From a virus (Duplodnaviria > Heunggongvirae > Uroviricota > Caudoviricetes > Schitoviridae): DNA of 64,000 bases. The stretch spans positions 37,241-101,240 of the IMG/VR virus record IMGVR_UViG_2595698411_000001. One strand, 5' to 3'. The translations under genes and the position numbers were made by a program. Within the stretch, counting starts at the first letter, position 1. Each line of letters opens with the position of its first letter. Under the pieces are notes generated by a model. It ran no database searches and was not told where the DNA came from. It saw only the letters and a program-made list of their open reading frames with translations. Shown one piece after another: positions 27,008 to 35,352 of this stretch.

Positions 27008-27434
27008 AATCGGAAGCTATGTTTTTCTCTTTTTCACGCATACGCATAAGACCAAAACCTAGCATGCCGCCTAAGATGCCAATAAGCTCTGTTATGTTTA
27101 CAACAGGCGCTTCGCTGATGTCTCCGCCTTGAGAGAACAATATCCAGTTCAAAAAAGGCATTATGACAAAGTGATAAGCAAGAGCTACAACGCAAACCCA
27201 ACCTACTGCAGGACGCCAACCAGCCACAAATACCGACCTGTGAGCGGCTTCCTGCTTGTTTATCTCTAGCTGACCTACCATAAGTTGAACTTCTGCATTA
27301 AGACGCGCTAGATCGCCCTCATGCGCTAAAGTAGCTAGGTATTGCTTACGTTTACCAGCCTCGTCAGCATCTTCCCATATTTTGTCGATTATGTTGTTAC
27401 CGGTCTCTACAACCGCTTCAATGGCGTCTATCAT
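26985..27434 (-). CDS. membrane protein on the opposite strand (N-terminal coiled coil, two C-terminal TM helices; holin-like)
   Basis: 149-aa ORF with ATG start. TM helices AVGWVCVVALAYHFVIMPFLNWILF and ITELIGILGGMLGFGLM. It is the only clearly coding - strand gene between 0 and 53 kb. It is convergent with, and overlaps by 23 nt, the HExxH membrane protein. Confidence 0.45.
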   Translation of the reverse strand: MIDAIEAVVETGNNIIDKIWEDADEAGKRKQYLATLAHEGDLARLNAEVQLMVGQLEINKQEAAHRSVFVAGWRPAVGWVCVVALAYHFVIMPFLNWILFSQGGDISEAPVVNITELIGILGGMLGFGLMRMREKEKNIASDSIGPSKR

Positions 27435-27494
27435 AACTGTCTCCTCGTTTCACCCAGTTTAACTAACCCCTTACTAATAGGCAATTACACACTT

Positions 27495-28079
27495 ATGAAA
27501 CAACCAAAAACAATCATTATCGGCCTAGCAGGTAAAAAAGGCGCAGGCAAAGACTACACTGCAGACGTTATACAAAGCGTTTGTGAAAACCATTCGCTGA
27601 CCGTTTACAGAACTTCTTTTGCAGAACCTGTAAAAAACATGCTTTCCATAGGCCTTTCTGTAGATATGGACTGCTTTGTAGATCATGACAAAAAAGAGAA
27701 AGTAATACCTCATGTAGGCTGTACGCCTAGAAAGCTTATGCAGACCCTAGGAACAGGATGGGGAAGAAACCTTGTTTCTGAAAATTTGTGGGCAGACCTT
27801 TGCAAATACCGAATAGAAACAAAAATAGAAAAACGTATAAATATCGTTTTGGTCACCGACGTTCGTCATACTAACGAAGCCCAAGTAATTAAAAATCTAG
27901 GTGGGATAATAATTGATGTCCAAGCGACTGACAAAACGGCACTAGATATGCACAGTTCAGAAGCAAGAATATCTAGCGACCTTGTAACAACTGTATTTAT
28001 CAACAACAAATTACCTAGGTACCGCCCTAGCGTCGTAAAATATATAGCAGAATTGCTTGTAAAAAATGAGGTGGTCTAA
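27495..28079 (+). CDS. deoxynucleoside monophosphate kinase (T4 gp1-like)
   Basis: MKQPKTIIIGLAGKKGAGKDYTADVIQ matches T4 dNMP kinase MKLIFLSGVKRSGKDTTADFI. The start is trimmed to the internal ATG; the upstream part of the listed ORF overlaps the - strand gene. Confidence 0.6.
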   Translation: MKQPKTIIIGLAGKKGAGKDYTADVIQSVCENHSLTVYRTSFAEPVKNMLSIGLSVDMDCFVDHDKKEKVIPHVGCTPRKLMQTLGTGWGRNLVSENLWADLCKYRIETKIEKRINIVLVTDVRHTNEAQVIKNLGGIIIDVQATDKTALDMHSSEARISSDLVTTVFINNKLPRYRPSVVKYIAELLVKNEVV

Positions 28080-28444
28080 TGACTGAAAACCAAAAACTTT
28101 GGGTAGAAGCCCTGCGCAGCGGAAAATATCTGCAAGGCAAAGAACGACTAGTTCAAAAAGACGGCCCAAACATTACGTATTGCTGCTTAGGAGTAGCCTG
28201 TAAGCTTTACGAAGAAGCTACTAAAGAACAGCTGCCTTTAGACTCTTGCGGCCAGTATTGGGTAGCAGAAGAAACTTTAGCTGACCTCCCTAAAGTGCAG
28301 CAATTTTTTGGGCTTAAAACCGAAAACGGGCATATCCCGTCCATGAAAATTAGTCTGACGCAGCTTAACGACACAGGAAAAACTTTCGATGAAATCGCTA
28401 GTATCATTGAGCAACACCGTAAAGAGTTATTTGAAGAAGAATAA
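28079..28444 (+). CDS. hypothetical protein
   Basis: 121-aa ORF. Confidence 0.5.
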   Translation: MTENQKLWVEALRSGKYLQGKERLVQKDGPNITYCCLGVACKLYEEATKEQLPLDSCGQYWVAEETLADLPKVQQFFGLKTENGHIPSMKISLTQLNDTGKTFDEIASIIEQHRKELFEEE

Positions 28445-28982
28445 GTCTATAACTCGCGGAACAAGCGCCGCTCTTCCTTCTTTTGACTACGCAGAGTTTT
28501 TAAAACGCCTTAGGTACCATAACCTAGGTGATGGAACAGATCAGCATTTAACTGCCAATCCTTTGTTTGTAGTTAAAGAAAAAGTCTTTGACTGGGGATA
28601 CGACCTAGATTTTACAAACAAGATAGCTGTTATCAATGCTGTAACTGACCATATATCCTATTCTTTGGAGCAGTTTGCTCAAGACCTTACGGTTGAGCAA
28701 AGAGAGACACTAGATAGCTTGACGGAAAACGAAGTGCCTTTTTTACAGCAAAGCACTAACAATCAAATAGATATCCTTCAAAACTCTCACCGCTACAAAG
28801 TCACTGGCTATACGGAACGCCTAGAGTTCGTCAACTGCCACTTTACTAGAGAGGCAGCTCAACAGTTTATTGACCTAAAACGTCATAACTACGGACCTTT
28901 AACCATCGCAGTAACTAGTCAGAAAGACTGTGCTGAATTTAACTCCATAATTTACGCAATGTTGAATAACCGCATTGCCTGA
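28389..28982 (+). CDS. hypothetical protein (start uncertain)
   Basis: 197-aa ORF whose listed start overlaps the previous ORF by 56 nt. Confidence 0.45.
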   Translation: MKSLVSLSNTVKSYLKKNKSITRGTSAALPSFDYAEFLKRLRYHNLGDGTDQHLTANPLFVVKEKVFDWGYDLDFTNKIAVINAVTDHISYSLEQFAQDLTVEQRETLDSLTENEVPFLQQSTNNQIDILQNSHRYKVTGYTERLEFVNCHFTREAAQQFIDLKRHNYGPLTIAVTSQKDCAEFNSIIYAMLNNRIA

Positions 28983-28991
28983 GGAATTACA

Positions 28992-29249
28992 ATGAAAAAA
29001 CGACTAGCGCTTGCAACAGCTGCATTGCTGTTTGCATCAACCGCTCTTGCGACCGAAAAACCGGTACGGCACTATGAAGTAGATGCTTGGGGTTTTGACC
29101 CTGACATTTACGAATTTACCCCAATCGGCCATAACCACATGACTTGCCTGATTTTAGTATCAGGCGGTGACACTTCAGCAGGCATTACGTGCTTCCCTAA
29201 AGACCGTGTACCTAAAGTCAAAGTTGAAGAGGTAAAAAATGAAAGCTGA
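28992..29249 (+). CDS. secreted small protein
   Basis: MKKRLALATAALLFASTALA signal peptide. Confidence 0.5.
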   Translation: MKKRLALATAALLFASTALATEKPVRHYEVDAWGFDPDIYEFTPIGHNHMTCLILVSGGDTSAGITCFPKDRVPKVKVEEVKNES

Positions 29250-29775
29250 ACTAGTGCTGCACAGCAATGACGACCTCCTTTGTGTAAACGCTGCTCGTGT
29301 TTCAATGGACAAAGAGTCAAAACTATTTACTTTCCGTAAAGATAAACCAAAAGGCTCAGATGAAGGTCTGGTACATTATCTAGCGGACCATCGCCATTGG
29401 ACACCTTTCAGCCATGCGCGTTTTACAATCGAAGCTAACGACGTATTTATTAACTTACTGAACGTAAACCCAGAAGATATCGCTTCTGCAGTGTGGAGAA
29501 CTGATCCTCTAAAAGGTAGTTTTAAATTCCGTACATCGTTGTTTGGTTGGGCAAACCTGATTAAAAAAGGTTTTGTGTTCGATCATTACGTTGGTGCAGT
29601 AGTAAATGTACTTAAACAGCATGTACCGCACTCTCTTAAAGCACTACTGCCAGAGATCGGTGACAACGTTAAATCGCGGTTCCCAGTATGGGAAACTGAA
29701 GACGAAACAGATCCTGCGTTTATTGACGTAACAATGCGCGAAACTATTCCTATTTTTATCGCACGTCAACGGTAA
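29239..29775 (+). CDS. thyX: flavin-dependent thymidylate synthase ThyX, N-terminal part (5' exon) with an in-frame ~100-aa insertion
   Basis: VNAARVSMDK...DEGLVHYLADHRHWTPFSHARFTIEA aligns to ThyX ...AARVS...HRVGNIFRHSSTLEHLYYNFEI and T. maritima HETPFEHIVFTFHV. The C-terminal IPIFIARQR aligns to T. maritima APIFVARQW. The ORF stops where the RHR motif should follow. Confidence 0.65.
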   Translation: MKAELVLHSNDDLLCVNAARVSMDKESKLFTFRKDKPKGSDEGLVHYLADHRHWTPFSHARFTIEANDVFINLLNVNPEDIASAVWRTDPLKGSFKFRTSLFGWANLIKKGFVFDHYVGAVVNVLKQHVPHSLKALLPEIGDNVKSRFPVWETEDETDPAFIDVTMRETIPIFIARQR

Positions 29776-29841
29776 ACTACTGCTATTTGTCGTTAGCTAT
29801 GCTATGCTCATATATCCAGCAACAAACAAAGAAAAAACAGT

Positions 29842-30507
29842 ATGTTGAAAGATAGAGCCGGCGATCAAGTTACCCGTGTATGTGATGACTGTGGTGATGA
29901 AAAACGAGTCAGTTATTGGAACGTCTACAAGAAAGATGCCCACCGTTGTTATCGGTGCAATAACAAACTGACCAACTTGGGAAAAACGCCCTGGAATAAA
30001 GGGCACAAGCAACAACCCAAGAATGTTGGAAATATCTATACCCACTCAGACGGCTACCCGATGGTGTGGGTAGGTAAGACCAACACAAACCATGGATATA
30101 TGCCTGTTCACAGATTGGTAATGAGCGACCTTAATGGACGCTTGGTTACCAAAGAAGAAAAGGTACATCACGTAAACGGAGACAAAGAGGATTTCAGGCC
30201 TGTAAACCTGTTCCTCTGTAACAATATGTCCCACCACCGAAAAGTACATGCACAGCTTGAAACGCTGTCTATGTCTTTAGTGAAAATGGGGCTTATTGAG
30301 TTTGATCACGCTAAAGGCGAGTACAGCTTAAGCCGCCCTATGGAGAAATTCATAGAGGAAAAACTGGGTGAATTGCTGGAAACCCCTAACGAGAAAGACG
30401 AGGGCAATCAGCAGCCAAGCTCTGCAGAACTTGCAGAGAAGGTTCAACGACTATTCCGTGAGGAAGTACACCAGAAGTCTGGTGGAAGCGCCCAGCCCCT
30501 GCCGTAA
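29842..30507 (+). CDS. HNH homing endonuclease
   Basis: VHHVNGDKEDFRPVNLFLCNNMSHHRKVH is an HNH motif. The N-terminus has Zn-finger-like CDDCGD...CYRCNNK. Confidence 0.7.
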   Translation: MLKDRAGDQVTRVCDDCGDEKRVSYWNVYKKDAHRCYRCNNKLTNLGKTPWNKGHKQQPKNVGNIYTHSDGYPMVWVGKTNTNHGYMPVHRLVMSDLNGRLVTKEEKVHHVNGDKEDFRPVNLFLCNNMSHHRKVHAQLETLSMSLVKMGLIEFDHAKGEYSLSRPMEKFIEEKLGELLETPNEKDEGNQQPSSAELAEKVQRLFREEVHQKSGGSAQPLP

Positions 30508-30571
30508 GTAGGGTGATGATATAGTCTCTTCTGCATGGAAACATGCAGCAGTTCATAGTTTAGGAGACTGG

Positions 30572-31039
30572 ATGTGGTACAAAATCTACAGACACACAAG
30601 TCCTAGTGGTAAATCATATATAGGGATTACTTCTGAGGATACATATACAAGGTTCAGGAAACACTTACGTAAGGCTAGATTTGGATCTACAACCAATTTC
30701 CATAAAGCAATACGTAAGTACGGTGAAGATTGCTGGCAGTCAGAAATACTGGACGCCTTCTATACTGAGGATAAGAAAGAAGCATACGAAAAAGAGCAAT
30801 CTTGGATTGATTCTGAACAACCTGAGTATAATATGGATTGTGGTTTTGGGTGGAATATTACAGACAGGCGTGGTGACAAGAACCCGATGTATGGGAAATT
30901 GTCAGGAAACGCACACGGGGTCAGCATCAAAGGTGAAATTTTCTTATCCCTCACCTTAGCTGCTGAGCACTTTTCCGTGAATCGAGGAACAATCAGCAGG
31001 TGGATTAAGTCCAGAGAAGACTGTTTTAAACTAAACTAA
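30572..31039 (+). CDS. GIY-YIG homing endonuclease
   Basis: MWYKIYRHTSPSGKSYIGITSEDTYTRFRKHLRKAR is a GIY-YIG motif. AGGAGA ribosome-binding site upstream. Confidence 0.7.
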   Translation: MWYKIYRHTSPSGKSYIGITSEDTYTRFRKHLRKARFGSTTNFHKAIRKYGEDCWQSEILDAFYTEDKKEAYEKEQSWIDSEQPEYNMDCGFGWNITDRRGDKNPMYGKLSGNAHGVSIKGEIFLSLTLAAEHFSVNRGTISRWIKSREDCFKLN

Positions 31040-31504
31040 GTGAACGGGCGGGGAATAACGTACCCCGTCGAAGGTAAAGTTAAACACATGATTGGTACCA
31101 CCTACAATGAGGTGTCACGCAGATACGTAGATGATACACCTGAGTTCTACCATATTGACGAGTGGCGCAGTCGTCCTGACGGTTCGATCAAACAAGGTAG
31201 TGGCGGTATTCACCCTGAAAGCGCAGCAATGTCTCTGTTTGCTAGAGGCCGTGTCACAGCAATGGCTGAAGACTACGATGAAAACATTGAAGCTGGTTTT
31301 GCGCCAGAACAAGTACGCAGTTTGTTGCCACAGAACATGCTCACTAGTTACTACGTCACTGCGTCATTAAACGCGTGGAAACGTGCTTATGACCAGCGTA
31401 TCGACGGCCATGCCCAAAAAGAAATTAACGACCTGGCGCTACAGTGGGTAACAATACTAAACGACTGCCCACACGCCCAAATCTGGAAAGAAATGTTTAA
31501 GTAA
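31040..31504 (+). CDS. thyX: ThyX C-terminal part (3' exon)
   Basis: ...KHMIGTTYNEVSRRY aligns to ThyX RHRIASYNELSGRY. ARSLLPQNMLTSYYVTASLNAWKRAYDQRIDGHAQKEINDLA aligns to the conserved ThyX C-terminal region A.P..Y.T...Y..N.R.L.NF..LR....AQ.EI. Listed GTG start with no ATG. Confidence 0.65.
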   Translation: MNGRGITYPVEGKVKHMIGTTYNEVSRRYVDDTPEFYHIDEWRSRPDGSIKQGSGGIHPESAAMSLFARGRVTAMAEDYDENIEAGFAPEQVRSLLPQNMLTSYYVTASLNAWKRAYDQRIDGHAQKEINDLALQWVTILNDCPHAQIWKEMFK

Positions 31505-31621
31505 CAACTTTCTGGGCGATGACACTAGCCAAGGTCGCAAATTGTTAAGCGGCCTAAAGACCCCTCTGCTCGGTCGTGTCACCCTTTAACTCCAACAACA
31601 CTAACCTCAAGAGTAACCTTT

Positions 31622-32476
31622 ATGCCTTATAAAAAAGAAGCCACTACAGGCTTACTAACCTTTATCGTAATTATTCTATTGTTCATGTCTACTTTCATTA
31701 CAGACGAAGGCCATGTAACAATCGTTAAAAGTTTTGGTGAAGCTAAAACTCAAGTAAACCCAGGCCTGCACTTTAAAACACCTTTTGTCGAAACTACAGA
31801 AGAAATCGAAGTGCGTACTCGTCAAAACAAAGAAGTAATGTCGTCATCTACTGCAGAGCAAATGCCGGTACAAGTAGCCGTAGCAGTTAACTGGACTGTA
31901 CAACGCGATTCAGCGTTAGATCTTTACAAAGAGTATGGCGGATTAGCTCAATTTGAAAATCGTATTCTAGACCCTCGTTTACGTAGCGCAGTAAAGGCTG
32001 TTATCCCTAAATTTGAGGCTGAACAGCTTATTCAAGACCGCAGCACTGCTATCATGCAAATCGAAGCGTTGCTTATCGAAGAAATGGCTACGTTCCCTAT
32101 CAAAGTAGGTGACTTGCAAATCGAAAACATTGCTTTGCCGCCTAAGTATCTAGCGTCTATTGAGACCAAACAGACAGAGAAAAACCTAGCTGCGGCGGAA
32201 GAGCATAAACTAGCTCGTCAAAAACTAGAAGCACAGCGCGACGTTAACACAGCAAAAGCTAAAGCCGAAGGTATCGACGCTGTAGCTAGGGCTGAAGCAA
32301 ACGCGATTAAAGTTAAAGGCCTTGCAGAAGCAGAAGCCATCCAAGCCAAAGCAAAAGCACTGCGTGATAACCCTTTAATCATCAAACTTACTGAAGCCCA
32401 GAACTGGGATGGAAAACTTCCAACCACTATCATGGGTGAAGGCTCTATGCCTATCATGGACATAAGAAAACAGTAA
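31622..32476 (+). CDS. SPFH/band-7 (prohibitin/HflC-like) domain protein
   Basis: N-terminal TM helix, then a band-7 core (...NWTVQRDSALDLYKEYGG...IPKFEAEQLIQDR...), then an Ala/Lys-rich coiled-coil tail. Confidence 0.55.
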   Translation: MPYKKEATTGLLTFIVIILLFMSTFITDEGHVTIVKSFGEAKTQVNPGLHFKTPFVETTEEIEVRTRQNKEVMSSSTAEQMPVQVAVAVNWTVQRDSALDLYKEYGGLAQFENRILDPRLRSAVKAVIPKFEAEQLIQDRSTAIMQIEALLIEEMATFPIKVGDLQIENIALPPKYLASIETKQTEKNLAAAEEHKLARQKLEAQRDVNTAKAKAEGIDAVARAEANAIKVKGLAEAEAIQAKAKALRDNPLIIKLTEAQNWDGKLPTTIMGEGSMPIMDIRKQ

Positions 32477-32493
32477 CCAACTGTTTTAGCGCA

Positions 32494-32524
32494 AAGGCCG
32501 CCTAATTGGCGGCTTTTCTTTCTT
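32494..32524 (+). terminator. rho-independent terminator
   Basis: AAGGCCGCC-taatt-GGCGGCTTT followed by TCTTTCTT. Confidence 0.65.
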
Positions 32525-32542
32525 GCACGGAGTAGTTAACTA

Positions 32543-32809
32543 GTGGACATAACATTAGCCAGCTTAATAGAGACGTTTGACAAAACACGTCTCGATGACA
32601 CCGCTTCATACGAAATTCTTTCTAACCTCTACAAAACCAATTTATCAGGCTTGATGGATAATCTTATTGCCCACTCAGTTGAACCGCTCTTTGTAATAAC
32701 GAATCAAGAACAAAAAGACAAAGCAAGACGGTTGGTAGTAAAAGCAATAAACATCAGGCTTGCAGGCAGAGCCTTAAACACAGGAAAAACTCATGAACCC
32801 ATTGTTTGA
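32543..32809 (+). CDS. hypothetical protein
   Basis: 88-aa ORF. Confidence 0.45.
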   Translation: MDITLASLIETFDKTRLDDTASYEILSNLYKTNLSGLMDNLIAHSVEPLFVITNQEQKDKARRLVVKAINIRLAGRALNTGKTHEPIV

Positions 32810-33923
32810 ACAACTTCTTTATAAAACACACTCTAGCGGCAAAATCGGTACTTGGAGCGTACGTGTAAACGACGAAGGCAGTCACGCACTAATGACTGTA
32901 GCCTCAGCAAAAATAATCGGCGGCCAAAAAGTAGTAACCACAACCGAGTACAAAGAAGGCAAGAATATAGGTCGTGCGAACGAAACTACTTTCCAAGAAC
33001 AGGCAGTAGCCGAAGCGCGTAGCAAAGTCATGAAAAAGATTGACGCAGGCTACACTAGACAAAAACCTGAAGAAGGTACGGTAGCAACTAACGGCCTTGG
33101 TCTGATTAAGCCTATGCTGGCCAAACCAATAGAAAACGTAAAAAAGTGGGACTTTCCAGTACACGTTCAGCCTAAAATGGATGGACATCGTATGTTGGCC
33201 GCTATAGTAGATCACAAAGTTGTTTTGTACTCGCGACAAGGCAAAGTATTAGACGTAGAACACATCCGTAGTGCACTACAAGCCGCGTATGACCTAGATA
33301 TCTGGTCAGGTCGCACACTAGACGGCGAAGTTTATGCTCACGGAGAAACTCTGCAAACTATCAGCTCTTGGGTTAAAAAACCTAAACCAGAATCACTACA
33401 GCTGATCTACAACATTTACGATGTAGATTGGACTCATTCTTACAAAGACCGACTTGAATACATTGATAGCGTTTTAAGCAACATCGAAACAGAGTACCTT
33501 GACCGCACTACAACGACTTTAGTATCGGCTCAAGAAGAACTAGAAGAATTGCATGCTCAACACATCGGTGAAGGCTACGAAGGTACCATTGTACGTCACA
33601 GTGACGTTGGTTACGAACAAGGTAAACGCAGCGGTTCTTTGATGAAAAAGAAGGACTTTCAAGATGCAGAGTTTGAAATTATCGGAGTTCTCGAAGGGAA
33701 ACCTAATCTTCGCTGTAACACAAAAGTCGGGATCTATCGTTGTAAAACAGATACCGGAGTCGAGTTTCAAGTTACCGCCCCCGGTGATGTCCAAGAAAAG
33801 AACACTCACGCGGTCGAAGGTGAGCAGAACATTAGCAAGTATCTTACAGTCAAATTCTTTAACCTTACACCAGATGGTTGTCCATTCCATCCCGTTGCAT
33901 TACGCATTCGAGAAGACGTTTAA
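32793..33923 (+). CDS. ATP-dependent DNA ligase
   Basis: Motif I VHVQPKMDGHRML (KxDGxR adenylation lysine); 376 aa. Confidence 0.65.
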   Translation: MNPLFEQLLYKTHSSGKIGTWSVRVNDEGSHALMTVASAKIIGGQKVVTTTEYKEGKNIGRANETTFQEQAVAEARSKVMKKIDAGYTRQKPEEGTVATNGLGLIKPMLAKPIENVKKWDFPVHVQPKMDGHRMLAAIVDHKVVLYSRQGKVLDVEHIRSALQAAYDLDIWSGRTLDGEVYAHGETLQTISSWVKKPKPESLQLIYNIYDVDWTHSYKDRLEYIDSVLSNIETEYLDRTTTTLVSAQEELEELHAQHIGEGYEGTIVRHSDVGYEQGKRSGSLMKKKDFQDAEFEIIGVLEGKPNLRCNTKVGIYRCKTDTGVEFQVTAPGDVQEKNTHAVEGEQNISKYLTVKFFNLTPDGCPFHPVALRIREDV

Positions 33924-33953
33924 CTTAAAATCACCTGCTCCATAAGCTATAAT

Positions 33954-34583
33954 ATGAAAAAGTTTTCAACTATTTTGATTGGGGATGAATGCCCCATGTC
34001 AGGAGAACTAGGGCTGCGTCCAACTGACATGGCCCGAAGTGAATACCTGTCTCTTGATACCGGAGTAGGTAACCTTCTTGCTCACGATATTGTCGAGCAC
34101 ATCAACGGTATTAGTGCCATAGGCACTGTCACAGATGAACTAGAAGCATTAGCAGTTGTAATGATTGTGCGAAACAATTATGCAGCGGTTGTAACAGAAG
34201 AAGACCTAGCTTACGACGTAATTGAATGCTTTCGTTATTACAACCCTAAAACGAAAGCACCTGTAACACACAAACACAAAATTTTTGAAGACGCTATAGA
34301 GCAGATACTAGATTTAGCTACCGAAAAGGTGTCCTCAGAAATCGACGATTACTGTGCAGAAACTTGGGAGCGTTTTCGTTACCTAGCCCGAGCACATATG
34401 CGTATCGGTACTCGCAAATTTTTTAAAAAGTACCCTAGCAACTGCGCAGAAGCAGAGGCTTACGAGACTTTTTGCAGTATCCAAAAAGCAGTACAAAATA
34501 CCGAAATTTACGACGGTGCTCGATACCAATTAAACGTAGTAGACACTGTCTGTACTATTCATTCCCTTTATGAGGATTACTGA
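33954..34583 (+). CDS. hypothetical protein
   Basis: 209-aa ORF. Confidence 0.5.
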   Translation: MKKFSTILIGDECPMSGELGLRPTDMARSEYLSLDTGVGNLLAHDIVEHINGISAIGTVTDELEALAVVMIVRNNYAAVVTEEDLAYDVIECFRYYNPKTKAPVTHKHKIFEDAIEQILDLATEKVSSEIDDYCAETWERFRYLARAHMRIGTRKFFKKYPSNCAEAEAYETFCSIQKAVQNTEIYDGARYQLNVVDTVCTIHSLYEDY

Positions 34584-35071
34584 TGCATTTTACTCAGTTC
34601 AAAGAGCTAGTGGTTATCCCTACTCTAAAATATCTAGACCCAGAAATACCTTATTCTGAAACTGCTGCAGACTTGCTAATGATGACAGCCGCACATGAAA
34701 GCTTGCGATGCCGTTATATAAAGCAGTACCAAGGCCCGGCATTAGGTGTGTTCCAGATGGAACCTGCCACAGAAAAAGACATATTTGACAATTACCTGAT
34801 TTACAGAGCTCCTCTGCTTAACAAGATCAAAGCTCTTATGTCAGAGCAAGATAATCAGCTGATTGTCAATCTAGGGTACGCAACCGCTATGGCTCGTGTT
34901 CACTACTTCAGAGACCATAAAGCATTGCCTCTACAAAACGAAGATAACTACTCGGCGTACATAGAAAGTTTGGGCGATTACGCTAAACGTGTCTACAACA
35001 CTAAAGAAGGCAAAGCCACTCCAGCGCGTTACGTTACCGATTACGAAAATTGGAAGGCTGACCTCTACTAA
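34583..35071 (+). CDS. SLT-domain lytic transglycosylase
   Basis: LMMTAAHESLRCRYIKQYQGPALGVFQMEPAT matches the SLT catalytic region (ES...GA.GLMQ..P.T). Confidence 0.6.
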   Translation: MHFTQFKELVVIPTLKYLDPEIPYSETAADLLMMTAAHESLRCRYIKQYQGPALGVFQMEPATEKDIFDNYLIYRAPLLNKIKALMSEQDNQLIVNLGYATAMARVHYFRDHKALPLQNEDNYSAYIESLGDYAKRVYNTKEGKATPARYVTDYENWKADLY

Positions 35072-35085
35072 TACTAAGGACAACC

Positions 35086-35331
35086 ATGAAAATACTTAAA
35101 TTTGAAGCACCTTGGTGCCAATCATGTAAATCAGTCAGCGAAGTGCTGAAAAACGTAGAACTTCCTTGTCCTGTTACCGTCATTAACACAGACGAAGACT
35201 TTGACACTGCTGCCAAGTACCGAGTACGTGGTGTGCCTACTCTTATCATGCTAGATGATGATGGTGTACCTACTGTACGTCACGTAGGCGCTATTACAAA
35301 AGAGCAGTTTGAAGAAAAGTTTTTATCTTAA
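35086..35331 (+). CDS. thioredoxin
   Basis: EAPWCQSCK is a WCxxC active site; thioredoxin-sized at 81 aa. Confidence 0.65.
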   Translation: MKILKFEAPWCQSCKSVSEVLKNVELPCPVTVINTDEDFDTAAKYRVRGVPTLIMLDDDGVPTVRHVGAITKEQFEEKFLS

Positions 35332-35352
35332 CATCTAAACCGGAGCAAAATT

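Larger units (their letters stand above)
29776..31078 (+). mobile_element. intervening sequence in thyX carrying two homing endonuclease genes (putative group I intron or introns)
   Basis: It separates ThyX ...ARQR from the continuation VKHMIGTTYNEVSRRY, which is the SxRY motif. It holds HNH and GIY-YIG ORFs. The downstream piece starts with GTG and has no ATG. Confidence 0.5.

Noticed and set aside
29437-29760. Treating the ~100-aa non-ThyX segment inside ORF 29239-29775 as a second intron.
   Set aside because: The reading frame stays open across about 320 nt and rejoins ThyX sequence in-frame (IPIFIARQ). That is unlikely by chance (under 1%), so it is more likely a translated insertion domain. 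It is noted within the thyX finding.
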